Source: Psammoneis japonica (Eukaryota). From it: 64,000 nt of DNA. The translations under genes and the position numbers were made by a program. A model generated the notes under the pieces. It searched no databases. It was not told the origin of the DNA and saw nothing but the letters and a program-made list of their open reading frames with translations. This document shows, one piece after another, positions 51,094 through 63,102 of this stretch (positions are counted from its first letter, which is position 1; each line of letters starts with the position of its first letter). The stretch lies in assembly GCA_008632985.1 (NCBI GenBank), contig QPGO01000009.1:558001-622000 (forward strand), read 5' to 3'.

Positions 51094-52761
51094 ATGTCCC
51101 TGTTGCATAGAGAGAACCGTGGTAGAATGCAGAAACATGACAACATACGCCATTCAAACAATCGATCCTTCAAATTTCGTGCTGAATTGATTTCTTTGCT
51201 GATTTGCATATTTTCAGCAACAATACAAGCAAGCAGCTACAACGACAACCATGGCGGTCGATATTACCGACCAGAACGAGACTCACAACAACCACAGAAC
51301 TATGGTAACCGACAACAAAGTGATGACTACCGACGAAGAGGCGAATACGACGAGCAAAGGCGACCACCGCCTCGGAGAAATACGTGGGATGACGACCCCT
51401 CAAAACGGCCACAACAGCAAGCATCCTACCAGGAGGATCAAGAATCTAGTACTTTATTTTATGGCAGAGACAATGGAGCACCACAGCCTCAACCCAAGCG
51501 ACCATCTGATCAATACAATAGAGCAACACCCACGGATCCACAGCGAGACGAAAACCCTTATGCTTCGTCAAATCGTACACCCATTCATTATCAGTTCCCT
51601 AGACGACAGATGGAATCCGTAGACACTGACAAGGACGACTTACCACAAACCACCTTGGAAGATTCTAGGCCCCAATACAGTGATGATGCACGAGTAGACG
51701 GAGAAGATGATCAAGGAGGCAGGAGGGGTCGAGACACTGCATCTCCGAGAAATGATGCTGTGACACGATACATGTCAACAAAAAGGGGGCGGGTGCTATT
51801 GACGCTGAGTTCTGGTACAGTTGGTGCAGCGGCAGGAGGGTTTGTAGGAAAAGTAAGAATCGCTTCTAGTTTTATGAGAGATATCCGTAGTTGTTATTCG
51901 TCTCACCCTTTGTCTCTCAGTCATTAATTAACAGGCCTAAACCTCTCATGGTTGTCATGTTTTTCGTCATGGCGCTTTGCACCAACGTCTTGAGAAACGC
52001 CTATGGAGAGCTTTCTCGTGCACTCGGATTGGCTTTGATTTTTGCCGTTCAACGCTTTGTCTACATTCGAAAGCGATACCCGACGGTCCGACATATCAAG
52101 GCGTGTTTGCGTGCCGGTCCACGTCGAAACTTTCCGCCCTCGGATAATCCTTGGAATTATAACGGTGACGAGGTTCATTTTAAAATGCTACAGACCGCTA
52201 TTGCCATGGCCTTTGTAGGTAGTGTCTGTGGCGGCAACATGCCGCTAATTCCAAAATGGATGGGAGGAATGGCGGGTGCGGGTGTGTTGGGTTTTGCTAC
52301 CACACTCAGGACGTCACAAGTAAGCAATGTTGATTATGCTAGTGTTCATCTATTCCCATGCCGATAGTGATACACACGGAACCACTCATGACAACTTCAC
52401 TCATTCTTCATCAATGCTACAGGGAGACTTGGCTCGAACCATGGGAATGAGAGTTGTTGCACTTGCGGAAGAAGTCTTTCATATCAACTCCGAGCTTCGT
52501 TTGTTGCGCCACATGGGCACCGTCAGCGGACGCGTCTTTGATAAGCTGTTGATTTTGGATCGAAAGCACCGTATAAAGGATCGTCTCGCGACGGGATTTC
52601 AGTGGCTATACAACCAAGCATCCCGTACAGCCGAGCAGGTTCAGTCGGATATGAAGGAGGGTGGAGGACGTGAGAATGGCGGCGCAGACAGAGGCGACCG
52701 AAGCCGAAGCGGACCTGGTGGGTTTGCTGATGATAGAGATCCCTCCAACCCGCGTTACTAA
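51094..52761 (+). CDS. hypothetical membrane protein; 3 exons (51094-51852, 51921-52319, 52423-52761)
   Basis: GT-AG introns 51853-51920 and 52320-52422 are both phase 0 and join three ORFs. Signal-like segment, disordered region, TM helices. Start uncertain (51094 or 51127). Confidence 0.8.
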
Positions 52762-52929
52762 GCCATATTGCAGCTTGCCAAACAGTATCTTTTTGAACTG
52801 AGCCCGAAATAGTACGTGCCTTCGAATCAGGTTTTATAGTTTCGCAGAAGCTAATTTGAGAAATACTGTGGCCTCCTCAATGCGCAAGAGTACACAGAAC
52901 TCGCTAATACCGTAGACTACGTGAACAAG

Positions 52930-53550
52930 TTCTAGCCAATTTTTCAATTGGTAGAGGTATTGCCAAATTGATTGGATTCTTCAAGGCTTTCACTGCGTCG
53001 CTTGAAAATGTACTCGGTATCTTGGATAAGAACAGCGAATACTCTGACATGCATCATGGCGATCTACTGATACTTGGCTATCAGAGTCGAGTTATGGTCC
53101 TAAAAGCCAGCGACTGCGGAGACCCTTAGGATAGGCCACGCATCTTTCTAGTTGTCTCTCGCAAGGATGTCCCTCTCCCTCGTTTTCTAAACCAACCCAC
53201 GGAGACGGGCTCCAACCTTATAGATGTGCCGGGACGCGGAGGTCTTGGGAGATCTCGTGGAGATGGACCCAACAGATTTTGGTCATATCATGTTGAACGG
53301 GGAAAGAACTATGGACTACCCCAGACAAGGGATCGAGTTGAAAGAAAATGGCATCGTGCAGCTTCTCTCTGACCAGCCTGTCGCGACTATCCGTAGGAAC
53401 AATCCTGCGAAGCACTACTGGCACGAGCGCTGCTTGACTCTTTGAGAACGAGCTCGTATCCAATCATGTCCGGATGACGTTCAGTTGTCAGGACAAATGA
53501 CACAGAAGAATGCACAGATTGGCAATGCTGTACCCCTGAATCTAGGACGC
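52930..53550 (+). pseudogene. C5-cytosine DNA methyltransferase fragment (motifs VI-X), copy A
   Basis: LENVLG, ASDCGDP*DRPRIF, RCLTL*ERARIQS and QIGNAVP; stops and frameshifts; paralogue of 58890-59540. Confidence 0.8.
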
Positions 53551-54375
53551 GCCCCCCGCCCCCGTTGTCTACGAAGTCTCACAATGCCTCTTTTATCAAA
53601 GCATCGCGGACTTTGGGATTGCTTGTCTTTGTAACCTTTGCTGGCTTCAGGATGGCCACTCTGTTGAGCGATCGTGGTATACTACTTACTAAAATCGAGT
53701 TTAGTATCGAAGAGAGACATGACGAGGTGTGAAAGCTAGTCATCGGCCCGCGCGGTGTAGACTCAGGTGTATGGTGTGCAAGTATTGTGTAGAAGTATTC
53801 TGNCCACTTTCACCCCAGATTGTCAAAATGTGTAAAACACCCCTGTTTTGTAAAACGCCCTAGTAACAAGCAGCGGCTTGGGTCGTCATGGTGCTTTCGA
53901 CAGTCGAGTCGAGCAGTTTTTGGTGTTTGCGCATTCAAATCGCGCGCACTGACAGTGAATGTTCACTTCCGGGTTCCTTTTGGTTTGGGTTCGCCATCAA
54001 AAATGACCAACGACAGACCGACGACAGACCGACGAATGCTCGAAAAAGCCTGCTACGTAGGATCCTACCGGTACGTAAGATATAGGATAATGAGCCAAAA
54101 TGTGTGTTTTACACGACGAAGCACGTGTTTTACAGAATAACACGTGATTTTACGATCCCCCCCCTCCCCCCCCTTCACCGCGAAGGTTGCGCCCAATGCG
54201 TGAGATCAATTCAGCGCGCCCCTGTGTGGACACCGCCAAGTCCTTTTGCGGTTTTGACGGACAATTTAGAACAGAAGCAGACAGACTGTGCCTCTCACTA
54301 AAGTGCGTTGTCTTACAACAGAATTCAATTTGCTCTGTTCGATTCATCAACCCATGGAGGCATCGCATGATTGCT

Positions 54376-56970
54376 TCAGCTTCCGATGCCAGACTGCACA
54401 GCCAAGGGGTGTTCCCTCAGTGGGACAGAAGATGGTGTCGACAGATTCTGTGTTGCTCTCACAGTCTTGACATGCCAAAGAAAAGACAGGAAGCATGGAG
54501 GAAGAATCTTCGACAAAAATCGCCGGCCCATGCTGCTCAGCAAGGCAGCGAGCAATGGGTGCGTGGCTTGATTTGCAGGCTTTGTGGAGAGGGAGCTCAC
54601 CACGTTGGTCCCTTGCGGCCAAAGCAGAAGGGTTTCTCTCCACCAAACGCATGGTTGCATGCCGCGACAAGCCAGTTTCTGCTGCCACATGCAACGGCGT
54701 ACAACCATTTTCATCAAGAGTAGAAATGGCTCTAGTGTCGAATAGGATTTCCACGGTTTTAGAGAACGCATACCTCTGGCATGCAACATGCAGTGGCGTC
54801 CGCCCTTTGTTGTCAACGATACCCAAACCTTCACAGTACAATGCAACCAAGTCGGTTACAACATAACGTTGAACAAGGCTCGGATTCTCAAGCGCGACGT
54901 GCACTGGAAGTTGTCCAAAATTGTTCTTCTTTTTAGCAGCCTGTGGATTCAACTTCAAAAGCTTTTCAAACAGAGACTGATGCCGAGAATTAAGCAGAGA
55001 ATGCCGCTGCACTGACTTGACAGCAAGATGCAATGCAAATTGTCCACACACGTCAATGTCATCCACGTGCTCTGGAAAACTCACGACAAACCACAAAGCA
55101 GTGGCTTCCTTGTCTCGAAGGCAAGAATCCTTCAAGATAGAATGTAATGGCAAAGCGTTTCTGTCGTGGCGTTCAAATGCAAGACATGTTCAAACGAGCG
55201 CCTGTGTGCTGGCCACTGGGCGCACTCCAAAGGTGGGCCACGAAAAGGATGAGACATGTTGAGCGATTCTGGATAAATCGAGATGAGACATTTGACAGCT
55301 TCAAGATCCACCGATGACGTGTTGAAACAGGTCGCGAGAAAGGTGTGAATGGGCAGTCCGTGATGCGAGCTGAACACACGTGCAGCCTCTGGCCACCGGT
55401 CTACGAGCCATTTCAAGAGACGAATGAGGCTTTGACTTTGAAGCATGTCGAGTCGTTTCTTCCGTCGATGAGCTGCCATGTGAAGAGGCACTTGTCCCAA
55501 ACAATCTGAAGCTTTGATTCCGTCAGGCAGCTTTTCGTACAGATGGTCGAGAACGTCTTCTGAAACATTGGCGTTCTGGCATGCTGTGTGTAAAGGCAGC
55601 TCACCCATTCCATTCCTGGCACAAATGGCTGGAGGAAATGCTTCGAACAGCTTGGCGCACAAAAACAGGCCTTCATCACCACAACGGCAGACGCAATGAA
55701 GTGGTAGATCGCCTCTGCAATTGATTTTTTGAAGCCCTGAAGGGTGCTTTTCAATGAGGAACTCAATGACTTCCATTGACTCATCGTGTGCTGCATGATG
55801 TGTCGACAGAGCACCATTCGTTGACTTTGGGGAAACTGCCTCGGGATGCTCCTTGTGAAGGAGCTCTGTCGATTCAACTTTGCCCCCATGACAAGCCAAA
55901 AACAAGGGGGTCTTTCCGTCATCATCGAGAGCTCGAACTGAGTCAGGGCATCGGTCGATCAAGATTTTCACCGCTTCTGTGTTCTTTGCTGCTGCAAGGG
56001 CAAGAGGAAGTTTCCCACCGAAACCTTTACATTGAACCGCCTGTGGATGGCTTGAAAGCAAAAATTCCAACACACGAGGGTCGAGGTTGAACTGTCTTGA
56101 GCAATGAAGGTGGAGTGGGAGCTCTCCGCGCAACGCACGTTCCGAAATCACATCCTGTCTCTTCTGGACAAACAAGCGGAGGAAATCGACGGAAATGCTT
56201 CGGTTTGCACAAGCTGTCTGAAATGCTGTAGAGCCCAAATCATCGCGCGCTGCAAGCACCTCCTGAGGACTGGCATTAATAAGAAACTTGACAACATCAA
56301 TCGGTGGCAACGTTGTTCGATCTGATGACACCATTTCATGAATGGGAAGACGACCGTCAGTGTTTGTGAGCTCAGAAAGAACTCTGCGTTCACCATCGAT
56401 AAGAAGCTGAAGGATTTCGACTGAAGGATTGTCCTGGCAAATGAGAACGTCAAACGGGGTACTCTCGAACTCGTTAGCTTGATTTGCAAGCGCTGGACGG
56501 TGCTGATCAACGAGCATCCTGACGAGCTCCACATCCACATGGTGCATCCTCTTCATCAGGCAATGAAGCGGCAACCCATCTTCTTGATTCGATGCTTCCA
56601 GAGATTCTCGATGCTGAGATATGAGAAAGTGTATCACGGGGCTCGGGCAATGATCGTTTGGGCATGCCAGGTGCACTGGCAGGTTGCTCGCGTCTCCGTC
56701 GGCGCACCGCCGCAGTGCCACGTCCGCCGGGAGTAACTCCGCGACACACTTGACAATGTCACATGTTACATTCTTGTTTCTGCAGACGACATGAAGAAGT
56801 GTTTCGGTGCCGTAAAGTTGTTCTTGAATGATCTCCTTGGGACACGCTTCAATTTTCTCACGAAGCAGATCCAACGAGAGATGTTCTCCGCAACAGAGCT
56901 GCCCCAGTTCTTCGAATGCCTCCATGTCCGGTTTTAGCTCCGTCCTCCATAAGTCTGTACTCGATTCCAT
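54376..56970 (-). pseudogene. ankyrin-repeat protein, frameshifted and partly TpA-mutated
   Basis: Many G.LPLH.AC / G.TPLH repeats; ATG (MESSTDLW) at 56970; frameshifts near 55200 and 54430; expected YP.A repeat ends often read HP/CP. Confidence 0.8.
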
Positions 56971-57142
56971 ACTGGAGAGAGGTAGTGTCTTCAGATCTAT
57001 CTTGTTAGGCCCGAGCGCAAGAGAGAGACGAGAGAGGCCGCGGCGCCGTTTGCTTTTACCGGATGCCGTCGTGGATAGACGGACGGACTTCAGAAGCACA
57101 CAGGCCCGCCCATTCACCAAATACTGTATCCATACTGTAATA

Positions 57143-57395
57143 TTCATCGTGGGACCCCACAAATACGGAGGGACCCGCAACCCGGAAATGTGTAGAGTTC
57201 TACGTGAATGTATGGGGACTGTTCACGTAGGTTTTGTACCAGAGCTATCTCGCGAACTAGGCGTTTTTTCGGATTTTTGTCGTAGAAACTGTACCAGTTT
57301 TGCGTATGTAGGCTACATGTTTCAGTACCACATACAAAAATTCGCGTAGAGCTCTACAGGAGGGTCCCTCCGTATTTGTGGGGTCTCACGATGAA
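57143..57395. mobile_element. MITE with about 34-bp TIRs, probable TA TSD
   Basis: TTCATCGTGGGACCCCACAAATACGGAGGGACCC (57143-57176) vs its reverse complement at 57362-57395 (1 mismatch); flanked by TA on both sides. Confidence 0.85.
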
Positions 57396-57844
57396 TATGA
57401 CATATGACTTCAAATTTTAAATCGATCAATGAAAGATATGAAGCTTCTAATATATAAATAAAGTATATAAGCTAACGGGACGAATACTGTATTTGCTTTT
57501 AACGGTCAATGTCATCGCCGATCTTGCCGACCGACTGCCGACACACAACACGACAATGGCGAAAAGCGAAAAGCATCAACAAAAAACCAAGAGGGAGGAA
57601 CCGGCGGGAAAAGCTATCTGATTTGACGACTCTTCGCCCAGTATCGCTTTCGATGTAAAAAGTCGACGTGTTGCCGAAGAAACCGTTCGTATTGACATGG
57701 ATGAGGAGAGTATCGAAAGCGAATTTCTTGACGATCAATGCCAGAAACAGCTCTCTCAAGCAAGATACGATAGATTACAGATTAGGAAGAAATTCGTCAA
57801 AATCTAGATGAAGAAAAAAAAAAGATAAAAGGCAGAAGCCGTTA

Positions 57845-59570
57845 TTGCTTGAAGAAGATAGGCAAAAGTACTCTTTGGACGTAGCAACACAGCAGAAGGA
57901 CACGGAAGATGCTCAACTTCTCGATGATGACAATGATTATGCTTACTTGGAGGCTCTAGCTAAATCGAGAAGTCAAAAGCCTATACCGAGGAGGCTGAAT
58001 GGGTTGCTAAACGTGTCCAGTGGGAAGACACCAAGGCGACGAAACAACAGCAGATCCCTAAACAGCAACAACAGAACATTAGAGAATACTTTACAGACGC
58101 ACTGAAAACGATGCATCAAAAGGTAAAGGAAGATTCAACGATAATGCTTTGTAAGAACTGGCTTCACAACAGTGGAAAGACGTGGTCATGTAAGCAGAAT
58201 CCGAGGTATTTCTTCACTCTATCCAAGCTCATAAATCAACATAGGACGCGCGGAAAGGAAGGTGCTTGGGTTGGAGTTGCCTTGTCGTTGGAGAAGACAT
58301 TCATAGGGGAGACAGAAGCCATGCGAGTGGCGGAAGCCTGGAAATCTCAAGGTCTGCTACAGCCAGACAAGGTCGCCCTGGCTAACACCATGGGTGTCTT
58401 GAATCATGGTCGAGTTCCTCTGCTAGCTCCCACAGACCGATAACCAGGGTGGCCTGGAAAGCCATTGGTAGAGTACGTACTACAGGGTTACTTTGGTCCC
58501 CAGTCTGATGACCCCAGAAGGTCGATCAATCAATCGGTACCGGGTTTTACGTATGCTTACCGTTACAAAGATTTGGCCAGGCCCATGACGGTGCCACACG
58601 ACGGCAAGCCTCGCTGCCTAGATGTATTCGCAGGATGTGTTTTTTCGTCCTTGGTGTTCGATCAAGAAGGCTCTCAGAGTTTGAATAAAGTGGAGAATAA
58701 TGATCATGCTATTTCTGCTCTAAATTGCAACTTTCCCGGTACAGAGATCTACGAGGAGTGTGTAAAAGTGTTTCGACGCTACGCTGGATGCTAAAGAGGG
58801 TTATTCAAAATCGGTGGATCATATTTATACGAGTCCTCCGTGCGATGGCTTTTCCCGAGTCAATACAGGCAATGGGAAGAATGACAAAGCCAATAATCGA
58901 TTGGTAGAGGAATTTGTCGAATTGATTCGATTCTTCAAGCGTTCTACTGGGTCGATTGAAAACGAACTCGGTATTTTGGATAAGAACAGCTCGAAAAACA
59001 AGCGCGAATACTTCGACAAGCTTCATGGCGATCAGTTGATGCTTGACTATCAGAGTTTAGTTCTGGTCCTGAAAGCCAGCGACTATGGAGACCCTCAGGA
59101 TAGGCCATGAGTCTTCCTAGTTATCTCTCGCAAAGGCGTCCCTCTCCCTCAATTTCTTAAGCCAACACATTGAGACGGATTTCAACCTTATCGATGTGCC
59201 GGAGACGCGGACGTCCTGGGAGATCTCGCGGAGATTGTCCCAACAGACTATGGTCATATCATTTAAACGGGCAAAGAATGAAGGACCACTCCAAACAAGG
59301 GTTCGAATTGAAAGAAAGTGGCAGCATGCAGCTTCTTCTCCCTGACTAGCCTGTCGCGACTATCAGTAGGAACAATCCTTCGAAACACTACCGGTACAGG
59401 CACGAGCGTTGCTTGACTCCCTGAGAACGAGTGGAGCTAGTATCCAATCATTTACGGATTAGTTCCAGTTTTCAGGAAACATGAAACAGAAGAATGCACA
59501 GATTGGCAATGCTGTACCCCTGAATCTTGGACGAGCCGTTGCGAGAGTCGTCCGAAGAGTCGCACGCTCA
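57845..59570 (+). pseudogene. C5-cytosine DNA methyltransferase pseudogene (RID/DNMT4-like), copy B
   Basis: Motif I CLDVFAGC (about 58615), IV TSPPCDGFSRVNTGNGKNDKANN, VI IENELG, VIII YGDPQDRP*, X QIGNAVP; several stops and frameshifts. The 5' extent is uncertain. Confidence 0.78.
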
Positions 59571-60158
59571 GTATCAAGAAAGGTGGCATGATCAATTTCA
59601 TTGGCACTGTGACGCCCGATTTCTGCAATCGTAAGATGGCAACACTACGACTAGGACAACCTTGTAAACTTTCTAATCGGAATGATCCCTTGTACTTCAC
59701 GATGCTGATCGGGACGCAAGAAACGTCTCGAATTGCATCGAAAGCCGCGGGTTGGAGTTGAGCTTATACAATTGGGGGAAGAGAGTCGCTGCATTGGTAC
59801 AAGGACAGGGAAAGTCAAACTTTGAAAATAATCGTGGACATGTGGTTGTGCTTTAAACGAGGAAATTCGATAGGATGCTCCAAAAGGACAAACTGGTGCC
59901 ACTGGGACGTCCATGGTTGAACAGTTACAGCTCGTTCCGTAGCAAAGACCATGATGGCACCATCACCTCGCCGGGAGGCATGTAGCTTCTTACCGCTATC
60001 GGGGGTATTTTGACAACACTACGACTAGAACACCCTTGTGAATAATATGTTTCATTTCTAATCTGAATTATCTTTGAATCTCTAAAGTAGTAAGCAACCC
60101 CACGATGCTTATCGGGATGCAAGAACCGTCTCGGTTTGCATCCTCTCCCGCTCGGCGT

Positions 60159-61700
60159 CTACGACGTCTCACAATGCTTCGAGATGCGAGCCCGCAATCG
60201 TTCAGTTCCCTTCAGCCATCGCTGGCACAATCTAGCACTGTAGTTGTCCACCGATCCTGCACCCATAGAAAACTTTGTCGAACACCTTTTCGAGATGCGA
60301 GAATTAATTCGTCGGATTTCCTTCCGCCAACGTTTGCACTTGCCATTCTCAATGCGGGGCTCAATATGCTTAGAGACACGAGCCCGCAATCGTTCAACTC
60401 CCTTTTGCCAACGCTGGCACAACTTTGCGCTGTAAATGTCAAACGATCCTGACCCCATCGACGACTTTGTCTCACACCTTTTCGAGATGCGAGAATTCAT
60501 GCGTCGAATTTTCTTTCGCCAACGTTTGCTCACAACACTCTGAATACGGGGCTGCTTAGCCATCAACTTTGGCAAACCATTCGTCTGAATCCATTTGGAC
60601 ACGTCTTGCACACTCTCTTTGATACTGTGTCTGTCCGACAACAACAAAAGTGTTTCAAAAGGCGTCGCCATGCCTTTCACGCGCATCGACCAACGCCTCA
60701 ACAGCTCGAACTGGCAGTCTTCGACACGATGTTTCAACAAGAGAAGCGGCATAGTCTTGTGTTCTTGCAAAAGGCGAGCCTGAGTCTGTACTCGAGTGAA
60801 CAAGCGCATTGAGGCGTCTTCGACTGTCTTCCCCCAATTGTATACGCGCAACTCCAACCCGTCGCTTTCGACACTAGAGCTGTACAAAGTTGGGATCTGA
60901 AGCGGCATAGACTTGCGTTCAAGCAAAATACTAGCCTGAGTCTGCACTCGAGCAATCAAGCGCATCGAGATATCTTCAACTCTCTTCCCCCAATTGTATA
61001 AGCTCAACTCAATCTCGTGCCTTTTGACACTGGAGTTGTACAAAGTTTGGATCCGAAGTGGCGTGAACTCATGTTCTTTCAAAAAGTCAGCCTGTGTCTG
61101 CACTTGAGTGATCAAGCGACTCGATGCGTCTTCGACCGTCTTCCACCAGTTGTAAAACCTGTCGTAAAAGGTTGGCTCGGCATCAGTGTGCAAGTAAAAG
61201 TTGTCGATGGAGGACTCGATTGGAGCAATATTGCGAAGGATTTGCTCCACGGTCTTGAGGTAGTCTGGTTCGTCCGTATCGTTCTCATAAAAGAAACAGA
61301 AAGTGCTTTTCGAACGGTCCATTGGCCTAACAGTCACGGGCCTAGTCTTTTGTAGAACTTGTAGAAAAGCGTCGTTGTCGGCATGCTTTAAAGATAGGCA
61401 AAAGGGCACCAAGCTCGGGGTGACGTGAGCTTCTTCCGTGGGAGTCCTGGCACTGCTTGGGGCATCGTGGTAACTTTCCAACTTTCCCCTGAGTTCCTTC
61501 ATAGCAAAAGCCATTTTCCAAGCATTGCGTGACAAGTCTTCGTGCATCACGGCGATACGCTCTGCCGAGGCAATCGAAAGAGCTCGAAGACCGCTCTTTG
61601 CCGTGTCGACAAGCGAGGCAGGAGGGCTGGCGGCGACAGCACCAGCGCTCATGGCGGCAACAAAGGCAAAGCAGAAAAGGATGCTGATAACAATTTTCAT
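60159..61700 (-). CDS. secreted hypothetical protein with internal repeats
   Basis: 513-aa ORF with signal peptide; three about 50-aa repeats (YNWGK.VED.S.RL..RVQTQA) and basic C-terminal repeats (KRWRK.IRR.NSRISKRC). Confidence 0.8.
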   Translation of the reverse strand: MKIVISILFCFAFVAAMSAGAVAASPPASLVDTAKSGLRALSIASAERIAVMHEDLSRNAWKMAFAMKELRGKLESYHDAPSSARTPTEEAHVTPSLVPFCLSLKHADNDAFLQVLQKTRPVTVRPMDRSKSTFCFFYENDTDEPDYLKTVEQILRNIAPIESSIDNFYLHTDAEPTFYDRFYNWWKTVEDASSRLITQVQTQADFLKEHEFTPLRIQTLYNSSVKRHEIELSLYNWGKRVEDISMRLIARVQTQASILLERKSMPLQIPTLYSSSVESDGLELRVYNWGKTVEDASMRLFTRVQTQARLLQEHKTMPLLLLKHRVEDCQFELLRRWSMRVKGMATPFETLLLLSDRHSIKESVQDVSKWIQTNGLPKLMAKQPRIQSVVSKRWRKKIRRMNSRISKRCETKSSMGSGSFDIYSAKLCQRWQKGVERLRARVSKHIEPRIENGKCKRWRKEIRRINSRISKRCSTKFSMGAGSVDNYSARLCQRWLKGTERLRARISKHCETS

Positions 61701-62278
61701 GGTTGATCCGTGAATCGACGGCGATTCTGAAAATTATGACACAAACACTCGACACTGGAAAAAATCTGCGTGGTCGGCATCCGATGATGTTCAGTACAAA
61801 ACACGTAGAAATGTACATAGCGTTGTCACGACTCGGTGATGGGCCGGGGTGCTAGCGAGACGAGTAGGTTTGGCAATCATGTGTCGTGTTGTGTCGTGGA
61901 TACGGATTGGTGTTGCCACATTTTTGGAGACAAGTTCTAAACTACTTTCGTCAGCCACTGTCACACAAAAGGCGTGCCATCTTGACCGACTCGTCGTCGC
62001 CGCTCCGCGTTTTTGTTTCGTCGTCGCCTTGTACGGTATTGTGGTGCGGTGTTCGAGTGTGTGGTTTGCTTTGCTTACAGCTTTGGTTTGTTGTGCTTTT
62101 GGAGAAGCAGCGCCGTACGTATGTACGTACGTACGTGCGTACGTCTGTACGTTCCAGCCGTCAGACGTCAGGCAAACGCAACAAACAACATGAAACAACG
62201 GGCCGACGCAGCCATGAACACCGGCAAAGGGCGCCTTTTTAGACTACTTCTACCTGGAACGTCGCTACTGCAGTAATC

Positions 62279-62865
62279 ATGTCGAGCGATAGCACTCAAT
62301 ACGACGTCAACAAAAGCGACAACAAAACGTCGTCGGCATCGTCAGTTGATCAGCAGCAGCGTTTGCTTCATCCATCTCTGCACAACATTCCGCAACAAGT
62401 TCGATTCGGTTTGACGGGTGCCTTGGGCAATGTGTTGTTTATGATTATCTACAATGTCTCGGTAATACAACTCGAACACAAATTGGAAGCGTCCACCATT
62501 TACGCTGTCGTTTATTTCTTTTACATTCCACTCGGGCACCTCTTGACGTCACTTCTCGTGTTTGGATGGCCCAAGAACAAGTATCTGTCGTCGCTCTTGA
62601 GCAATTACCCATTGGATTGACCGCCATGGCGTTGGGAACGGCGTGTACGTTTTATCTGGATCACATTCATTTTAATGAACGTGTTGAAGATTTTATTCGA
62701 CAGCACGTGTCGGCAATCGAGGAGGTGGCGACTGATGAAGACGAACAGGGGGAATTCTATTCGTCGCTCGTGGTGTTGGTCATTACCAGTGTATGGACCT
62801 ATGTCTTGTCCGTCATGGTGAATAGTCCAACGGAAAAAGTGCCAGACGAAAAGAAAGAGCTATAA
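62279..62865 (+). CDS. GtrA-like small membrane protein with an apparent 1-nt frameshift
   Basis: QQVRFGLTGALGNVLF plus 4 TM helices split over two frames; one extra C at 62608-62610 gives ...SNYPIGLTAM. Confidence 0.6.
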
Positions 62866-63102
62866 ATGGTCAGGAGTACGTGTTTGTGTTTGTTTGCTAC
62901 ATACTCATCCGGGAGGTTGCGAGAATGTTGTGGTTTCCTGATTGGTACAAGTACTAGAGAAAGCTCGCTATGAGTAAAGGGACTGCTGCGCCTTACGAGT
63001 ATAGAAATGAGAAACCCGCAAATAATACTATAGTGGAAAACAGTAGCTACTAGAAAAAAGCCGTCAAGTCTAACGCTACCGACAGCTAGCTCGTGATGCG
63101 CA

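Noticed and set aside
56971..57180. N-terminal extension of the 682-aa ankyrin ORF
   Set aside because: It begins inside the MITE TIR; the plausible start is the ATG at 56970.
62110..62152. (TACG)n tract, and (CGATG)n-like tract at 50945-51000
   Set aside because: Simple intergenic microsatellites; only useful as unmutated contrast.
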